Positions 26,761 to 38,334 of a stretch of 64,000 nucleotides of DNA are shown piece after piece. How positions within the stretch are numbered: the first letter of the stretch is position 1; each line of letters begins with the position of its first letter. Source of the DNA: Macrostomum hystrix (taxonomy: Eukaryota > Animalia > Platyhelminthes). The position numbers and the translations under genes were made by a program. The notes below the pieces were generated by a model that searched no databases, was not told the origin of the DNA, and saw only the letters and a program-made list of their open reading frames with translations. The stretch lies in assembly GCA_950097015.1 (NCBI GenBank), contig CATNEN010000015.1, positions 1,054,001-1,118,000 of the forward strand. Reading direction: 5' to 3'.

Positions 26761-27253
26761 TGTCGCGTTGAATTTTGAGTCGCTTACCCCCCCCTGCTCC
26801 TATCTGTGCTCTGCGCCTGCCTGCCTACCAATTTCTCTCACCCCTGGCGTCTGATTGGTTGAGCCAAGACGTTTGCGTACCACGGTTATTGTTATCTCTC
26901 GTTCCTGCCCTCTCATTGGTTCGCGTCTCGCCCAGTTGTCTAATTGACCCTGCGTGATTGGCGAGGCTGCAGCTTAGCCCCCCGGGTGAGCAGGTATTAT
27001 TTATTGGCGTGCGCGCGCTCGTTCCCCTCTGGCGAGACTGTTTTGGTTTTGTTTGAGCACTCCAACCACAGCCTACTCTGGAAAATACATCAACTCAGCC
27101 AGCTCTCCCGAGCGCAAACCAGAACTGCTAGCCTACGTAAGTGGCGTTCTGCCTCTGTCTTTTCGGGTTCAGTCACTAGGACTTTGTCACCAGGGCCTGT
27201 GCATTCGTTGCGACCTTGGTTGCCGGCTTACTGCCTGTGCGTCTAGTGCGACA
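26761..27253 (+). mobile_element. Candidate solo LTR
   Basis: Bounded by the short inverted termini TGTCGC..GCGACA (TG..CA). It is GC-richer than its flanks and contains three ATTGG (reverse CCAAT) boxes. No TSD, PBS or PPT was found. Confidence 0.35.
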
Positions 27254-28676
27254 GTAGGCCGACACATAGTAGGACGGAAGTGCTGAACCTCCCTGCTCGT
27301 CCTGAGTGAGAGGCGAAGCCGGCTGGCCCGTCTCGGGACACAACATCTTATAGGGCGTGTCCACATGAACTATTTATATTAATATTGATGCGAGTTCAGC
27401 AGCCGACTTTGCTGTGGGTCCGTCAGCAATAGGTCACGAGGCTATTTCTGTCCCTTTCGCTGTCCCTTGAGCACACATAAACACACGTCACGGATACGCA
27501 TGAAGGCACATGTTGGCCCCCAAACTGTATTTTCGCTTCGGAAATTAATGTGCAGCGTCGCCATGAATTCGAGCTAAAAGACTTTTGCTGCAGAACCGTA
27601 TCTGTCCAACTTCCTAGACGTCACCTCCACAATGAAGATTTATATATACGAGCTACGAATAAAATGCTCTTGAAAATATTATAATTACATGATATAAGTA
27701 GACACAAACTGCGAAAAGTATAGGAGAATGATGTATTATCTACAGTACACACCTGATCGTGTTGTTGTGCTCGACTCAAAAGTACATGCCAGAATGATTA
27801 AGGAGTTGTTTAGCTGCAACTGTATTTCGTTTCCATAGCAACGCCAGCTGGGTTTAGCAATTAAGGGGATCAGTGCTCATCAGTCACACGTTGCTCACAA
27901 AGGAAAGTAGTAGAGATTAAAATGCATTGCTTTGAGTGCAGAAAAAGTGGGCACCCACAAACTGGACTCGCGGAAGCAATTTGTCATATGAGAAAGAACA
28001 TTATTGTTGAAAATTGCAGCGACGGGGAAGTGAAGCACCGATGCACATTGCAGAAAATTCGATAGCTGATTTCGCACCAATAGAAGCTTTTTATGTTGCT
28101 CTCATCATATAATTTTTTAACTGACTTTCAATGAATAGTTAAAAAGCAGCTCATATTTTAATGACCATGTTTTCCAGGTTATAAAATTTTCGTCTTTGCT
28201 TATTTTATAGACAGATAGGAGGCACACCAGGAAGTAAACTGTTAAACGTGCTTCTTGCTACTTGCAGTAACAAATATTTATAAGCGTATCATTTATTGAA
28301 ATTTAAGGATTACTAGCTCTACGTAAAAGCATTTGATCGAAGCCATGCCATTGGATAATACTAAGTGACGAATAGGTTAGACAAAGCATAATGTAAAACA
28401 CACAGGTGTCAATACACTTACATAATATATATTTATATTTAGTTTTATCGTTGAATCAAAGCCAAAAGAATTTATTTAAAAACTTTTCTATACATATCGG
28501 GTGCATGTCCTGAAGTAAATGGATATAGCGATGGGACGAAAAAGCTTCATCCTTTGATTTCCGTAACCCCCATTTGACTGCAGTTGTAAGCACTCATGTA
28601 AACACGCCTTAACCTTACATTACATGATTGCTGGTAAAGTCAGGAAGTTGAATAATTTGCATCTTCTGCAAAACTA

Positions 28677-28749
28677 TGGTTCGGCCCGGGCTCGAACCGG
28701 GGACCTTCTGTGTGTGAGACAGATGTGATAACCACTACACCACCGAACC
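28677..28749 (-). tRNA. trnV-CAC: tRNA-Val (anticodon CAC)
   Basis: The reverse complement GGTTCGGTGGTGTAGTGGTTATCACATCTGTCTCACACACAGAAGGTCCCCGGTTCGAGCCCGGGCCGAACCA forms a full cloverleaf: 7-bp acceptor stem, anticodon arm TCTGT-CTCACAC-ACAGA, GTTCGA T-loop. A T-run follows immediately downstream. Confidence 0.95.
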
Positions 28750-29375
28750 CTTCATGTTAGATAAGTATTAGCCGAAATATATAGACGATTGTCACGGAAA
28801 AAAAAGGAGAAAGAAGCAAATAAATCGTTTTATTTGACTCGTCAGTTAAGAACGGTTCGAGTTAATTCAATCAGAAAAATCATTTCATAAAACCTATTTT
28901 TCCTATTAAGGCAAAGCATTCACTGCTTCGACTGCTGAGTCCCCTAAGTTACTTTAATTTGCGTTTTGAATGGCTAATTTTTTATTTAATTTCAAACTCG
29001 TTCTTTTTCTATCTGCAAATTTATTTAAATCTAAAACATTGTTAAATGGTTCAAAATTAAAATAAGGTAACTGCCGTACTAGCACTAGAGAGCATAATAC
29101 AGGTATTTAAGCGTATTATTAGACGCATGTATTTGTTTTTAATTCGCTTTTATTTTAAAAATATTTAAGGACTAAGAATACTGAATACAAAGTCCCATAG
29201 AGAAATCTAGCAGCTAGGACAGGGGCCAGGGCACGCAACAGTGCGACCAGGAGCTGTAAGTTTAGTTTTTAAGAAAATGTACTTTTTGTTAGCGTCTAAA
29301 CAGTAAAATTACAAAATTAACTCAGGAACAAATTATGTAGCAATTTAGATAGCTCCCAAGTCACCCAAAACGATC

Positions 29376-29501
29376 GGCAACGGCCATATCATGTTGAGAA
29401 CACCGGTTCTCGTCCGATCACTGAAGTTTTGCAACGTTGGGTTTTGTTAGTACTTGGATGGGTGACCGCTTGCCGCTTGGGAATGCCAAATGCTGCTGTC
29501 T
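29376..29501 (+). rRNA. RNA5S: 5S rRNA variant, probably a pseudogene
   Basis: GGCAACGGCCATATCATGTTGAGAACACCGGTTCTCGTCCGATCACTGAAG..GTTAGTACTTGGATGGGTGACCGCTTG..GGAA aligns with metazoan 5S and ends at TTTTT. It carries a 7-nt tandem duplication CCGCTTG (29466-29479) and an altered box A. Confidence 0.85.
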
Positions 29502-30266
29502 TTTTGGCCTTTTGGGATATTACAAAACGGACCTAAAACACAGATGATTACGAGAGTTTGGCGAGATTTTGAGTAGTATGTAGCGAGTATTCGATTAATT
29601 TTTTTTTAAAACCTTTGTATTGCAAGTTTTATAAGTCGTCCTGACGAAAGGAAACCTAGAAGCAAGGTTGTCAAAAGTCAAAATAAAATGAGTCCTCATC
29701 TGATGAAAATTCACGCAATCCGGATTTCTGTGAAATATTTATTTCTACGAAACAAAAAAGGTCCCTGGTTCGAATCCTGAGTCGTGAGTACGAGTTCCGA
29801 TAGCTTCGGCTTCTTGATGATTTGTTTTATTTTAAAATATGTAAATATTAAGAAAGCAAGTACTATGCAGCTTCATTAATCAATTTAGATACAATTTTTT
29901 TTACAGCACCATCGTTATGTTAGGCTTCGCTAAAAGTTAAATCGAGCACGACCATTCTTGACTTTGGCTGTGACAGTTACTATAAGTTATTCTACTTTTA
30001 GAAGTAAAAAGTTGACTTTCATCTCTCATCTCAAAACTAATATGTGGTGACGTCACTCTGGCTGCGGCTGGCTAAGGCAGCTGTGTTGTGCACCTGCCCG
30101 GCACGTTATCTAATTATTTAGAATGTACTGTGTATGTACGTGCTTTAAACCTTTCTATCCTATGTGCACGCGCGGAGTCAGTTTTATCGCTCACTAGAAG
30201 CACTGCTGTAGTGCCCTGCTTTCATTATTTGTCATCTCGTTGAGAGGCTTGAGTTTCGTTCTACAA

Positions 30267-30641
30267 CAGGGGTCGGCAAACTCCGGTCCGCGGGCCAGAT
30301 GCGGCCCTCGAGCCCAAATCCGGCCCGTTGCCCCTTCCGACACCTACTAGTCTCATCTCTCCCGTGTCTTGACTCCTCCGTGTCTCATCTCTCCCGTATG
30401 GCATCTCTCCCATGTCTCGTCTCTTCCGTGTCTCATCTCGCCATTGTCTCGTCTCTCCCGTACCTTATCTCTCCTTTGTCTCATCTCTCTCGTGCCTCAT
30501 CTCTTCTCTCTCATCTCTCCTGTTTCTCATCTCTCCCCTATCTCTGATATATTTCTCTTAGATTTCTACAGTCCGCGCGGCCCGCTGTCGTCTTTTAGGT
30601 TCTATTTTTGGCTCGCTAGCAAATAAGTGTGCCGACCCCTG
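30267..30641 (+). mobile_element. Non-autonomous hAT (Charlie-like) MITE, 375 bp
   Basis: TIRs CAGGGGTCGGCAAAC / GTGTGCCGACCCCTG. Perfect 8-bp TSD TTCTACAA at 30259-30266 and 30642-30649. Subterminal GGTCCGCGGGCC motif and an internal decayed (TCTCATCTCTCCC..) repeat. Confidence 0.9.
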
Positions 30642-33470
30642 TTCTACAATCTTAAGCGAGGTCTCTACAGTGTGCCGACCCCTGTTCTACAATCTTAAGC
30701 GAGGTCTCTGCAGTTTGCCGACCCCTGTTCTACAATCTTAAGCAAGGTCTCTACAGTTTGCCGACCCCTGTTCTACAATCTTAAGCAAGGTCTCTACAGT
30801 TTGCCGATCCCTGTTCTACAATCTTAAGCAAGGTCTCTGCAGTTTGCCGATCCCTGTTCTACAATCTTAAGCAAGGTCTCTGCAGTTTGCCGACCCCTGT
30901 TCTACAATCTTAAGCAAGGTCTCTACAGTTTGCCGACCCCTGTTCTACAATCTTAAGCAAGGTCTCTGCAGTTTGCCGACCCCTGTTCTACAATCTTAAG
31001 CGAGGTCTCTGCAGTTTGCCGACCCCTGTTCTACAATCTTAAGCAAGGTCTCTACAGTTTGCCGACCCCTGTTCTACAATCTTAAGCAAGGTCTCTGCAG
31101 TTTGCCGACCCCTGTTCTACAATCTTAAGCAAGGTCTCTACAGTTTGCCGACCCCTGTTCTACAATCTTAAGCAAGGTCTCTACAGTTTGCCGATCCCTG
31201 TTCTACAATCTTAAGCAAGGTCTCTGCAGTTTGCCGATCCCTGTTCTACAATCTTAAGCAAGGTCTCTGCAGTTTGCCGATCCCTGTTCTACAATCTTAA
31301 GCAAGGTCTCTGCAGTTTGCCGACCCCTGTTCTACAATCTTAAGCAAGGTCTCTACAGTTTGCCGACCCCTGTTCTACAATCTTAAGCAAGGTCTCTGCA
31401 GTTTGCCGACCCCTGTTCTACAATCTTAAGCAAGGTCTCTGCAGTTTGCCGACCCCTGTTCTACAATCTTAAGCGAGGTCTCTGCAGTTTGCCGACCCCT
31501 GTTCTACAATCTTAAGCGAGGTCTCTGCAGTTTGCCGACCCCTGTTCTACAATCTTAAGCAAGGTCTCTACAGTTTGCCGACCCCTGTTCTACAATCTTA
31601 AGCAAGGTCTCTACAGTTTGCCGACCCCTGTTCTACAATCTTAAGCAAGGTCTCTGCAGTTTGCCGACCCCTGTTCTACAATCTTAAGCGAGGTCTCTGC
31701 AGTTTGCCGACCCCTGTTCTACAATCTTAAGCAAGGTCTCTACAGTTTGCCGACCCCTGTTCTACAATCTTAAGCAAGGTCTCTACAGTTTGCCGACCCC
31801 TGTTCTACAATCTTAAGCAAGGTCTCTGCAGTTTGCCGACCCCTGTTCTACAATCTTAAGCAAGGTCTCTGCAGTTTGCCGACCCCTGTTCTACAATCTT
31901 AAGCGAGGTCTCTGCAGTTTGCCGACCCCTGTTCTACAATCTTAAGCAAGGTCTCTACAGTTTGCCGACCCCTGTTCTACAATCTTAAGCAAGGTCTGTA
32001 CAGTTTGCCGATCCCTGTTCTACAATCTTAAGCAAGGTCTCTGCAGTTTGCCGACCCCTGTTCTACAATCTTAAGCAAGGTCTCTGCAGTTTGCCGACCC
32101 CTGTTCTACAATCTTAAGCAAGGTCTCTACAGTTTGCCGACCCCTGTTCTACAATCTTAAGCAAGGTCTCTACAGTTTGCCGATCCCTGTTCTACAATCT
32201 TAAGCAAGGTCTCTGCAGTTTGCCGACCCCTGTTCTACAATCTTAAGCAAGGTCTCTGCAGTTTGCCGACCCCTGTTCTACAATCTTAAGCAAGGTCTCT
32301 GCAGTTTGCCGACCCCTGTTCTACAATCTTAAGCAAGGTCTCTGCAGTTTGCCGACCCCTGTTCTACAATCTTAAGCAAGGTCTCTGCAGTTTGCCGACC
32401 CCTGTTCTACAATCTTAAGCGAGGTCTCTGCAGTTTGCCGACCCCTGTTCTACAATCTTAAGCGAGGTCTCTACAGTTTGCCGACCCCTGTTCTACAATC
32501 TTAAGCAAGGTCTCTACAGTTTGCCGACCCCTGTTCTACAATCTTAAGCAAGGTCTCTACAGTTTGCCGACCCCTGTTCTACAATCTTAAGCAAGGTCTC
32601 TACAGTTTGCCGATCCCTGTTCTACAATCTTAAGCAAGGTCTCTGCAGTTTGCCGATCCCTGTTCTACAATCTTAAGCAAGGTCTCTGCAGTTTGCCGAC
32701 CCCTGTTCTACAATCTTAAGCAAGGTCTCTGCAGTTTGCCGACCCCTGTTCTACAATCTTAAGCAAGGTCTCTGCAGTTTGCCGACCCCTGTTCTACAAT
32801 CTTAAGCGAGGTCTCTGCAGTTTGCCGACCCCTGTTCTACAATCTTAAGCGAGGTCTCTACAGTTTGCCGACCCCTGTTCTACAATCTTAAGCGAGGTCT
32901 CTGCAGTTTGCCGACCCCTGTTCTACAATCTTAAGCAAGGTCTCTACAGTTTGCCGACCCCTGTTCTACAATCTTAAGCGAGGTCTCTGCAGTTTGCCGA
33001 CCCCTGTTCTACAATCTTAAGCAAGGTCTCTGCAGTTTGCCGACCCCTGTTCTACAATCTTAAGCAAGGTCTCTGCAGTTTGCCGACCCCTGTTCTACAA
33101 TCTTAAGCAAGGTCTCTGCAGTTTGCCGACCCCTGTTCTACAATCTTAAGCGAGGTCTCTACAGTTTGCCGACCCCTGTTCTACAATCTTAAGCAAGGTC
33201 TCTGCAGTTTGCCGACCCCTGTTCTACAATCTTAAGCAAGGTCTCTGCAGTTTGCCGACCCCTGTTCTACAATCTTAAGCAAGGTCTCTGCAGTTTGCCG
33301 ACCCCTGTTCTACAATCTTAAGCGAGGTCTCTGCAGTTTGCCGACCCCTGTTCTACAATCTTAAGCGAGGTCTCTACAGTTTGCCGACCCCTGTTCTACA
33401 ATCTTAAGCGAGGTCTCTGCAGTTTGCCGACCCCTGTTCTACAATCTTAAGCGAGGTCTCTGCAGTTTGC
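30626..33470. repeat. 43-bp satellite, 66 units, made of hAT right TIR + TSD + flanking DNA
   Basis: Unit AGTTTGCCGACCCCTG-TTCTACAA-TCTTAAGC(A/G)AGGTCTCT(A/G)C. The span of 2845 bp equals 66x43+7. Confidence 0.97.
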
Positions 33471-35950
33471 TGCTTGCTGCAAAATAAAGAAAGCCTACAA
33501 GAGCTTTAACAGCGCAATTCTGCTTAGTATTTTCGTTCTTTCGCAGTAGGAAAAAAGAGAAATCAGTCAAATTGTATATAGTACAATGCACACAAGCAGC
33601 AAAAGTCGGTAATAGCCAGGAAAACGGAGAGTAAAAAAACTGAAAACAATTGCAAAAAAAGTTTGCATCCAGCAGACTGGGACTTTGTACATAGTGGAAC
33701 CAGTAAGCATGATAAATAAGGAAACACACGGCGGATAATAAGGGGCCACACTAGCACAGTAAATGGTACAGAACGCTATAATGCTTTGGCTAGTAACAAA
33801 TAAATGTTGCTTTCTTCTAGGAGAAAAAGTATATAAAATACAAAAAAGAATAAAAAACAAGTAAGCCTTTGCCTAAATTTCATTACAGCCAGTAGCAGCT
33901 CCGCATTGCGGCCAGGTGCGGGCTGGCTGGAAGTCCACGGACACTCATATTGGCAAATATAAATAATGAAAACAGGACACTACAGCAGTGCTTCTAGTGA
34001 GCGATAAAAAGCCAAAAACAATGAATAAAAGCAATAAAAACAACTCAAATTTAGTGAGATCTCAGGACCAGACAGAAAGGCACAAGAGCACACGGAGACC
34101 CCGAAGAAAAAAGGCCAAGAGACAGTTCACCGATCCCAACTCACATTTGCCCATTATAACATGTCTGATAACATCTCCAAACACACAACAGTTTGATGCA
34201 GTCACTTTCTAAATAGTTAGACTGGCAGTATAAAGCATCATGCTAAGTATTCTCCCATTCCCAAACGCCATGAAAATCAAAAGAACGGGCTGAAATTTTC
34301 CGTTCTATCCGATGAAACATCTTCCAGAATCACAAAACATCACAAGACATCGTCGAGATATTCAACTTTTAACTCGTTGAAAGGTCTTGGAGAAGAATGG
34401 CTGAATATCTCAAGGATGCTACACATCGGTGCCTGAACTAAGCAACACAGGTAGCAAGAGATGTGGCTTGATATCGGTCGAAAAAACAACTTGGTATTTC
34501 CACTGCTAATTGGCAAAGCAGCAGCAACAACAGACACTACTAGTAGTAGCAGCACAAGAAAAAAACAGTAGCGAGTTTAAAGAAAAGTCAAAGTGGCACA
34601 CAGAGTTTGTACATTCGCTCTAAACAACTGTAAAAGTACATACATAATATGCCGCCCAGCTCTCACCAGATAAGGACACAAAAGTTGAAATAGAAACACC
34701 AAGCCAGAAAAGATTACATGTAACTAGCTGACAAATGACAATTCAATCAGACATCTTTGATTCGTACAGTACTCTCTGGTAAAATGGGAAGACATGTATG
34801 TGTTAGCTGCGCGGCTTAGCATGCCGCACCTTGGGAAATCAATAATAATAAAAACTGTATCGCACATCGCGGGGGATGCTGCCCTGGCAAGGCGAAGTTA
34901 ACACACAAAAATTCAGTTTCGGTGAGCAAATTTGGAAAAGAAAGCGACAAAAAGTAACATCTGTCTCAGAAATCTAATTTACAAAGTAACTCTTTTAGAG
35001 AAGCAAATAGGCAGATTATTTATATAATAGTGAATAAAAGATAATGAAACAGCCAAGGTGGAGTTTGTGGCAAGTGCCGCACATGCCAAACAGAAGGTGA
35101 TGAACCGCATGGAGTTGTGTACAAGCTACAGCGCACCAATATATTTGGATAAACATGAGTATAACTATATAGGTGTGTGTGTAGATGCTCATATATCGGA
35201 TAAAATTTGGAAGACAATAATAAAATAGCAATAGGATCAGTTGGCCTCGGTTAAAAACAACAACAAAAACAACACTCGACAAACAATCAATACAAAGGGC
35301 ATTCGCAAGCAGATTCTTATTTGGCTGTGAATCTCCCGCTACTCATTAGGAGTAGTACAGAAGGGTATGATAAAGCTTAAGTGCATCTAACCCCAAAAAA
35401 CACAAGACAAGACTATCATCATGGGTAGATTGGTAGAATTGAAACCGAGTACAGTTAGGCCTGTTGTACAACCACTGGATTTCAAAAGCTGCGTACAGCA
35501 ACCTTTTTAGTCTGTGGACTAAACCCACTACCGGGGAGGCCGCTACACCCGCCCAAATGTGAGTTATTCGGCTAAGAAGTAGTCTGCCTTGCTACTGCCA
35601 TAAGTAGACTGTTTAGCATATTTTCATAAAACAGGAGAAAAAATCTATAAAAAGTTAGTTTGTTCGATAAAACAATCAGGAAAAAATTGAATTTATCCAT
35701 GAGAAAAAAATCTGCGCCAAGAGCTGCGTGAAACAGCTGGGAATAACAGTTCGGGACAGTTTAAAAAACAATGTACCATTGGGTTTGAGAAGACGGCAAG
35801 TTTGGTGGCGGTGGAGGGTCAGGGGGTCGTGAGCTGGAATATTGGAATTCCTAAAGAATTGCTGGAATACAGAATAACGCACGGTGGGCATGAGATTCTC
35901 GGATCTGAGACTCACAGTAAGCCAGTTCAGGAGATTAGTTTGAGTGTCCA

Positions 35951-36721
35951 TCAGAGCTGGTGCGCGCTTGGCCCGGTCAGCAGTTTGTGCTGCAACCAGA
36001 TTGCCTTCAGGACGTTTGCCACCTCCGGGCTGAGCGGTGGCGGTGGCGGCGGCGGCTTCTGCTGCAGCGGCAGCTGAGGCGACTGAATAGCGAGCTGCGG
36101 GGGCGAAGGCAAGGTAGCAGCCGAGCCAGCACTAGCAGCAGCAACTGCATGGCCCCCAGAGCCAGCATGAGTAGTGTAGTGCTTCCTCAGATAGTCGGCC
36201 CTGGCGAAGCCCTTGCCGCAGAGCTCGCAGCGGTGCGGCTTGCAGCCGGAGTGCACGGTGCGAATGTGCCGGTTGAGCGTGGACCGGTCGAAGAACTCAC
36301 GGTCGCAGGCCGTGCAGGAAAGGCGAGTTGTTCCAGGCGCCGGCTGGGACGGTTTCGGCGATGACAAACTCAGCTGCTGCTGCTGCTGAGCAGTCGCTGT
36401 GGTCGGCGCTGACAGTGACGGTGAGAACTGACGCGCAGGGCCGTCCTTGAGCGACAAGTCCAAAGGCGCCTGGGAGCAGCCGCCACCGCTGCCGCTGAGG
36501 GCACAGTCGTCATCTTCATGCTCCTCCAGATCGACGATGTGTCTCAGCAATGCTGAGTGACCGTTTTTGCCCGCTGCTGCTTGGTCGGACGGGTACTGCG
36601 TCAGCAGGCTGATGGACTGCGGCTGCGCTGGCGGCAGAGGCAGCGGAGACGACGCCGATGCAGCCGGTGAGTGCAGCCGGGGCACAGGGCCGCGCAGCGA
36701 GATGACGGGCTTTCGCCGCAT
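35951..36721 (-). CDS. C2H2 zinc-finger protein (two fingers) with a PLDLS CtBP-binding motif; single coding exon visible
   Basis: Fingers CTACDREFFDRSTLNRHIRTVH and CELCGKGFARADYLRKHYTTH with an SGCKPH linker, plus APLDLSLK. A strong acceptor (TTTTCTGCAG) lies 2 nt before the ATG, so an upstream exon or trans-spliced leader is possible. Confidence 0.85.
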   Translation of the reverse strand: MRRKPVISLRGPVPRLHSPAASASSPLPLPPAQPQSISLLTQYPSDQAAAGKNGHSALLRHIVDLEEHEDDDCALSGSGGGCSQAPLDLSLKDGPARQFSPSLSAPTTATAQQQQQLSLSSPKPSQPAPGTTRLSCTACDREFFDRSTLNRHIRTVHSGCKPHRCELCGKGFARADYLRKHYTTHAGSGGHAVAAASAGSAATLPSPPQLAIQSPQLPLQQKPPPPPPPLSPEVANVLKAIWLQHKLLTGPSAHQL

Positions 36722-38334
36722 GCCTGCAGAAAATTTTGGGTTGTTTTTTTCATCTTCGCTGCATTTCTTTGAACATCATTTTAAACAAGCTAACTTATAC
36801 TTATTTATTGATTTATACCCCCCATGAACTTGTGAACTCTTAACTCAACAAGTAACTACTTGTTGAGTTAATTGTTACTACTTGTTGATATTTTTCTCTT
36901 TCAAAGTTCCAATCTCAGACTGTCTATCCAACAGTTTCTATTCATGTTTGAGAACCTCTCATAAAGGCTAGCAGTTATGACTATTATGTAGAAGAAAGAA
37001 ATAAATGAGATGAGATATACTATCTGAGATAAACTTACTAAAATAAATATAAAAGAGTGAGATAATAAGTAAAACAAATCAGTCTAAAAGAGTAAAACTA
37101 ACAATCAGTAAAACTAACAAAGTCTTAGATAGAGACTGAATATTAGCAACTAAGGTTTCTTAATTTTTTTACAAAATACTATAAATAACAAAAAGTTTTT
37201 AGTTAAAACCTAAACCTATTTTTTGTTTTAATGCTTTTGTTTATTTCGACTATTTGTTTTTCCAGATATTTTGTTTACCTAAAATTAATCTTATGCATGC
37301 TAGTGCTACTGTTTTTCTATCGCCTTTTTTAATCCAATTGTTCAGCCTTAACCATCAAATAAACAAAAAAATCAGCACCCAATTGGTGTGTGCACTTCAA
37401 TAATAATAATAATAATAATAGATTGAAAATGGCTTGCTTGAAAGAAGAAAAAATCATAAACAAGGCTTATTCACTTTCATGTGTCACAAAGAGTTGCTGT
37501 CTAATTATTTTCAAGTGTTTTTTATTTAATTACTTGTTGTTCTTTGTAACAATCAGCATCAAATTTTCTTCTTTCCTGCAACTTTAACATCTATGGCTGG
37601 CTGCCCACCTTCATGAAATTTAATCAGCAAAACCAAAAAAGTGGTGAATTCAGCCAGACTTCTTAAACTCACCATGACTAACTTCCACCTTTGCCAAATA
37701 GTAAAGGGAGTTAAGATAGACTCACAACTATTGATGGCCATGTAACATATCATTACTGACTAGGCTAACTGCAAGCAAAGCAATATTAAATCATTGGGAA
37801 GCAGCTCCAGCATTGGCTGACACCCAAACTATATCAATAGCTATGCCTAGGACTACCATCAATGTTGGCACCAGCACTCCATTAGTAGAGGCTTGTTCTT
37901 GGCTAGCATACTACTGGGCCTGTTAGATCAGCCAGAAGGAGGTTAGGGCCTGGGTCCACGCTGCCTGACAGACCAGTGTGGACTGGCTCAATTTATATAT
38001 GACATGCCAATAATACTTATTGAACCATCACTATTTCTAATGAGCAAGGTAGACCAGCCCAGACTATTAGAAATGATGAGTCAAAATTTATGCTTTGAAA
38101 ATATCATCAAGGGCACTATCATAACTCTTATATTTATACCTACCATTGAAAAAACATACAACTATTTTACACAAGGAAATCTACAAATTGTCAGGTATAC
38201 TGTATATGCTCTTAATTCATAATCATTAAAACATAAAATATGTGCTAATGATGGAATCATTAGTTTATCATTATTGTATCATTTCATACTTCTATACTTT
38301 CATTTCATACTGTTCTGAGGGCTGGAAATGAATA

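Noticed and set aside
29755-29790. Functional tRNA gene
   Set aside because: Only a B-box/T-arm fragment is present, with no D arm, anticodon arm or acceptor stem.
30642-33470. CRISPR array (also considered for the 29-, 47- and 22-bp arrays)
   Set aside because: The units are head-to-tail with no unique spacers, there are no cas genes, and the context is eukaryotic.
33439-35528. Short hydrophobic minus-strand ORFs as membrane proteins
   Set aside because: They arise from A-rich low-complexity sequence on the plus strand and show no gene structure.
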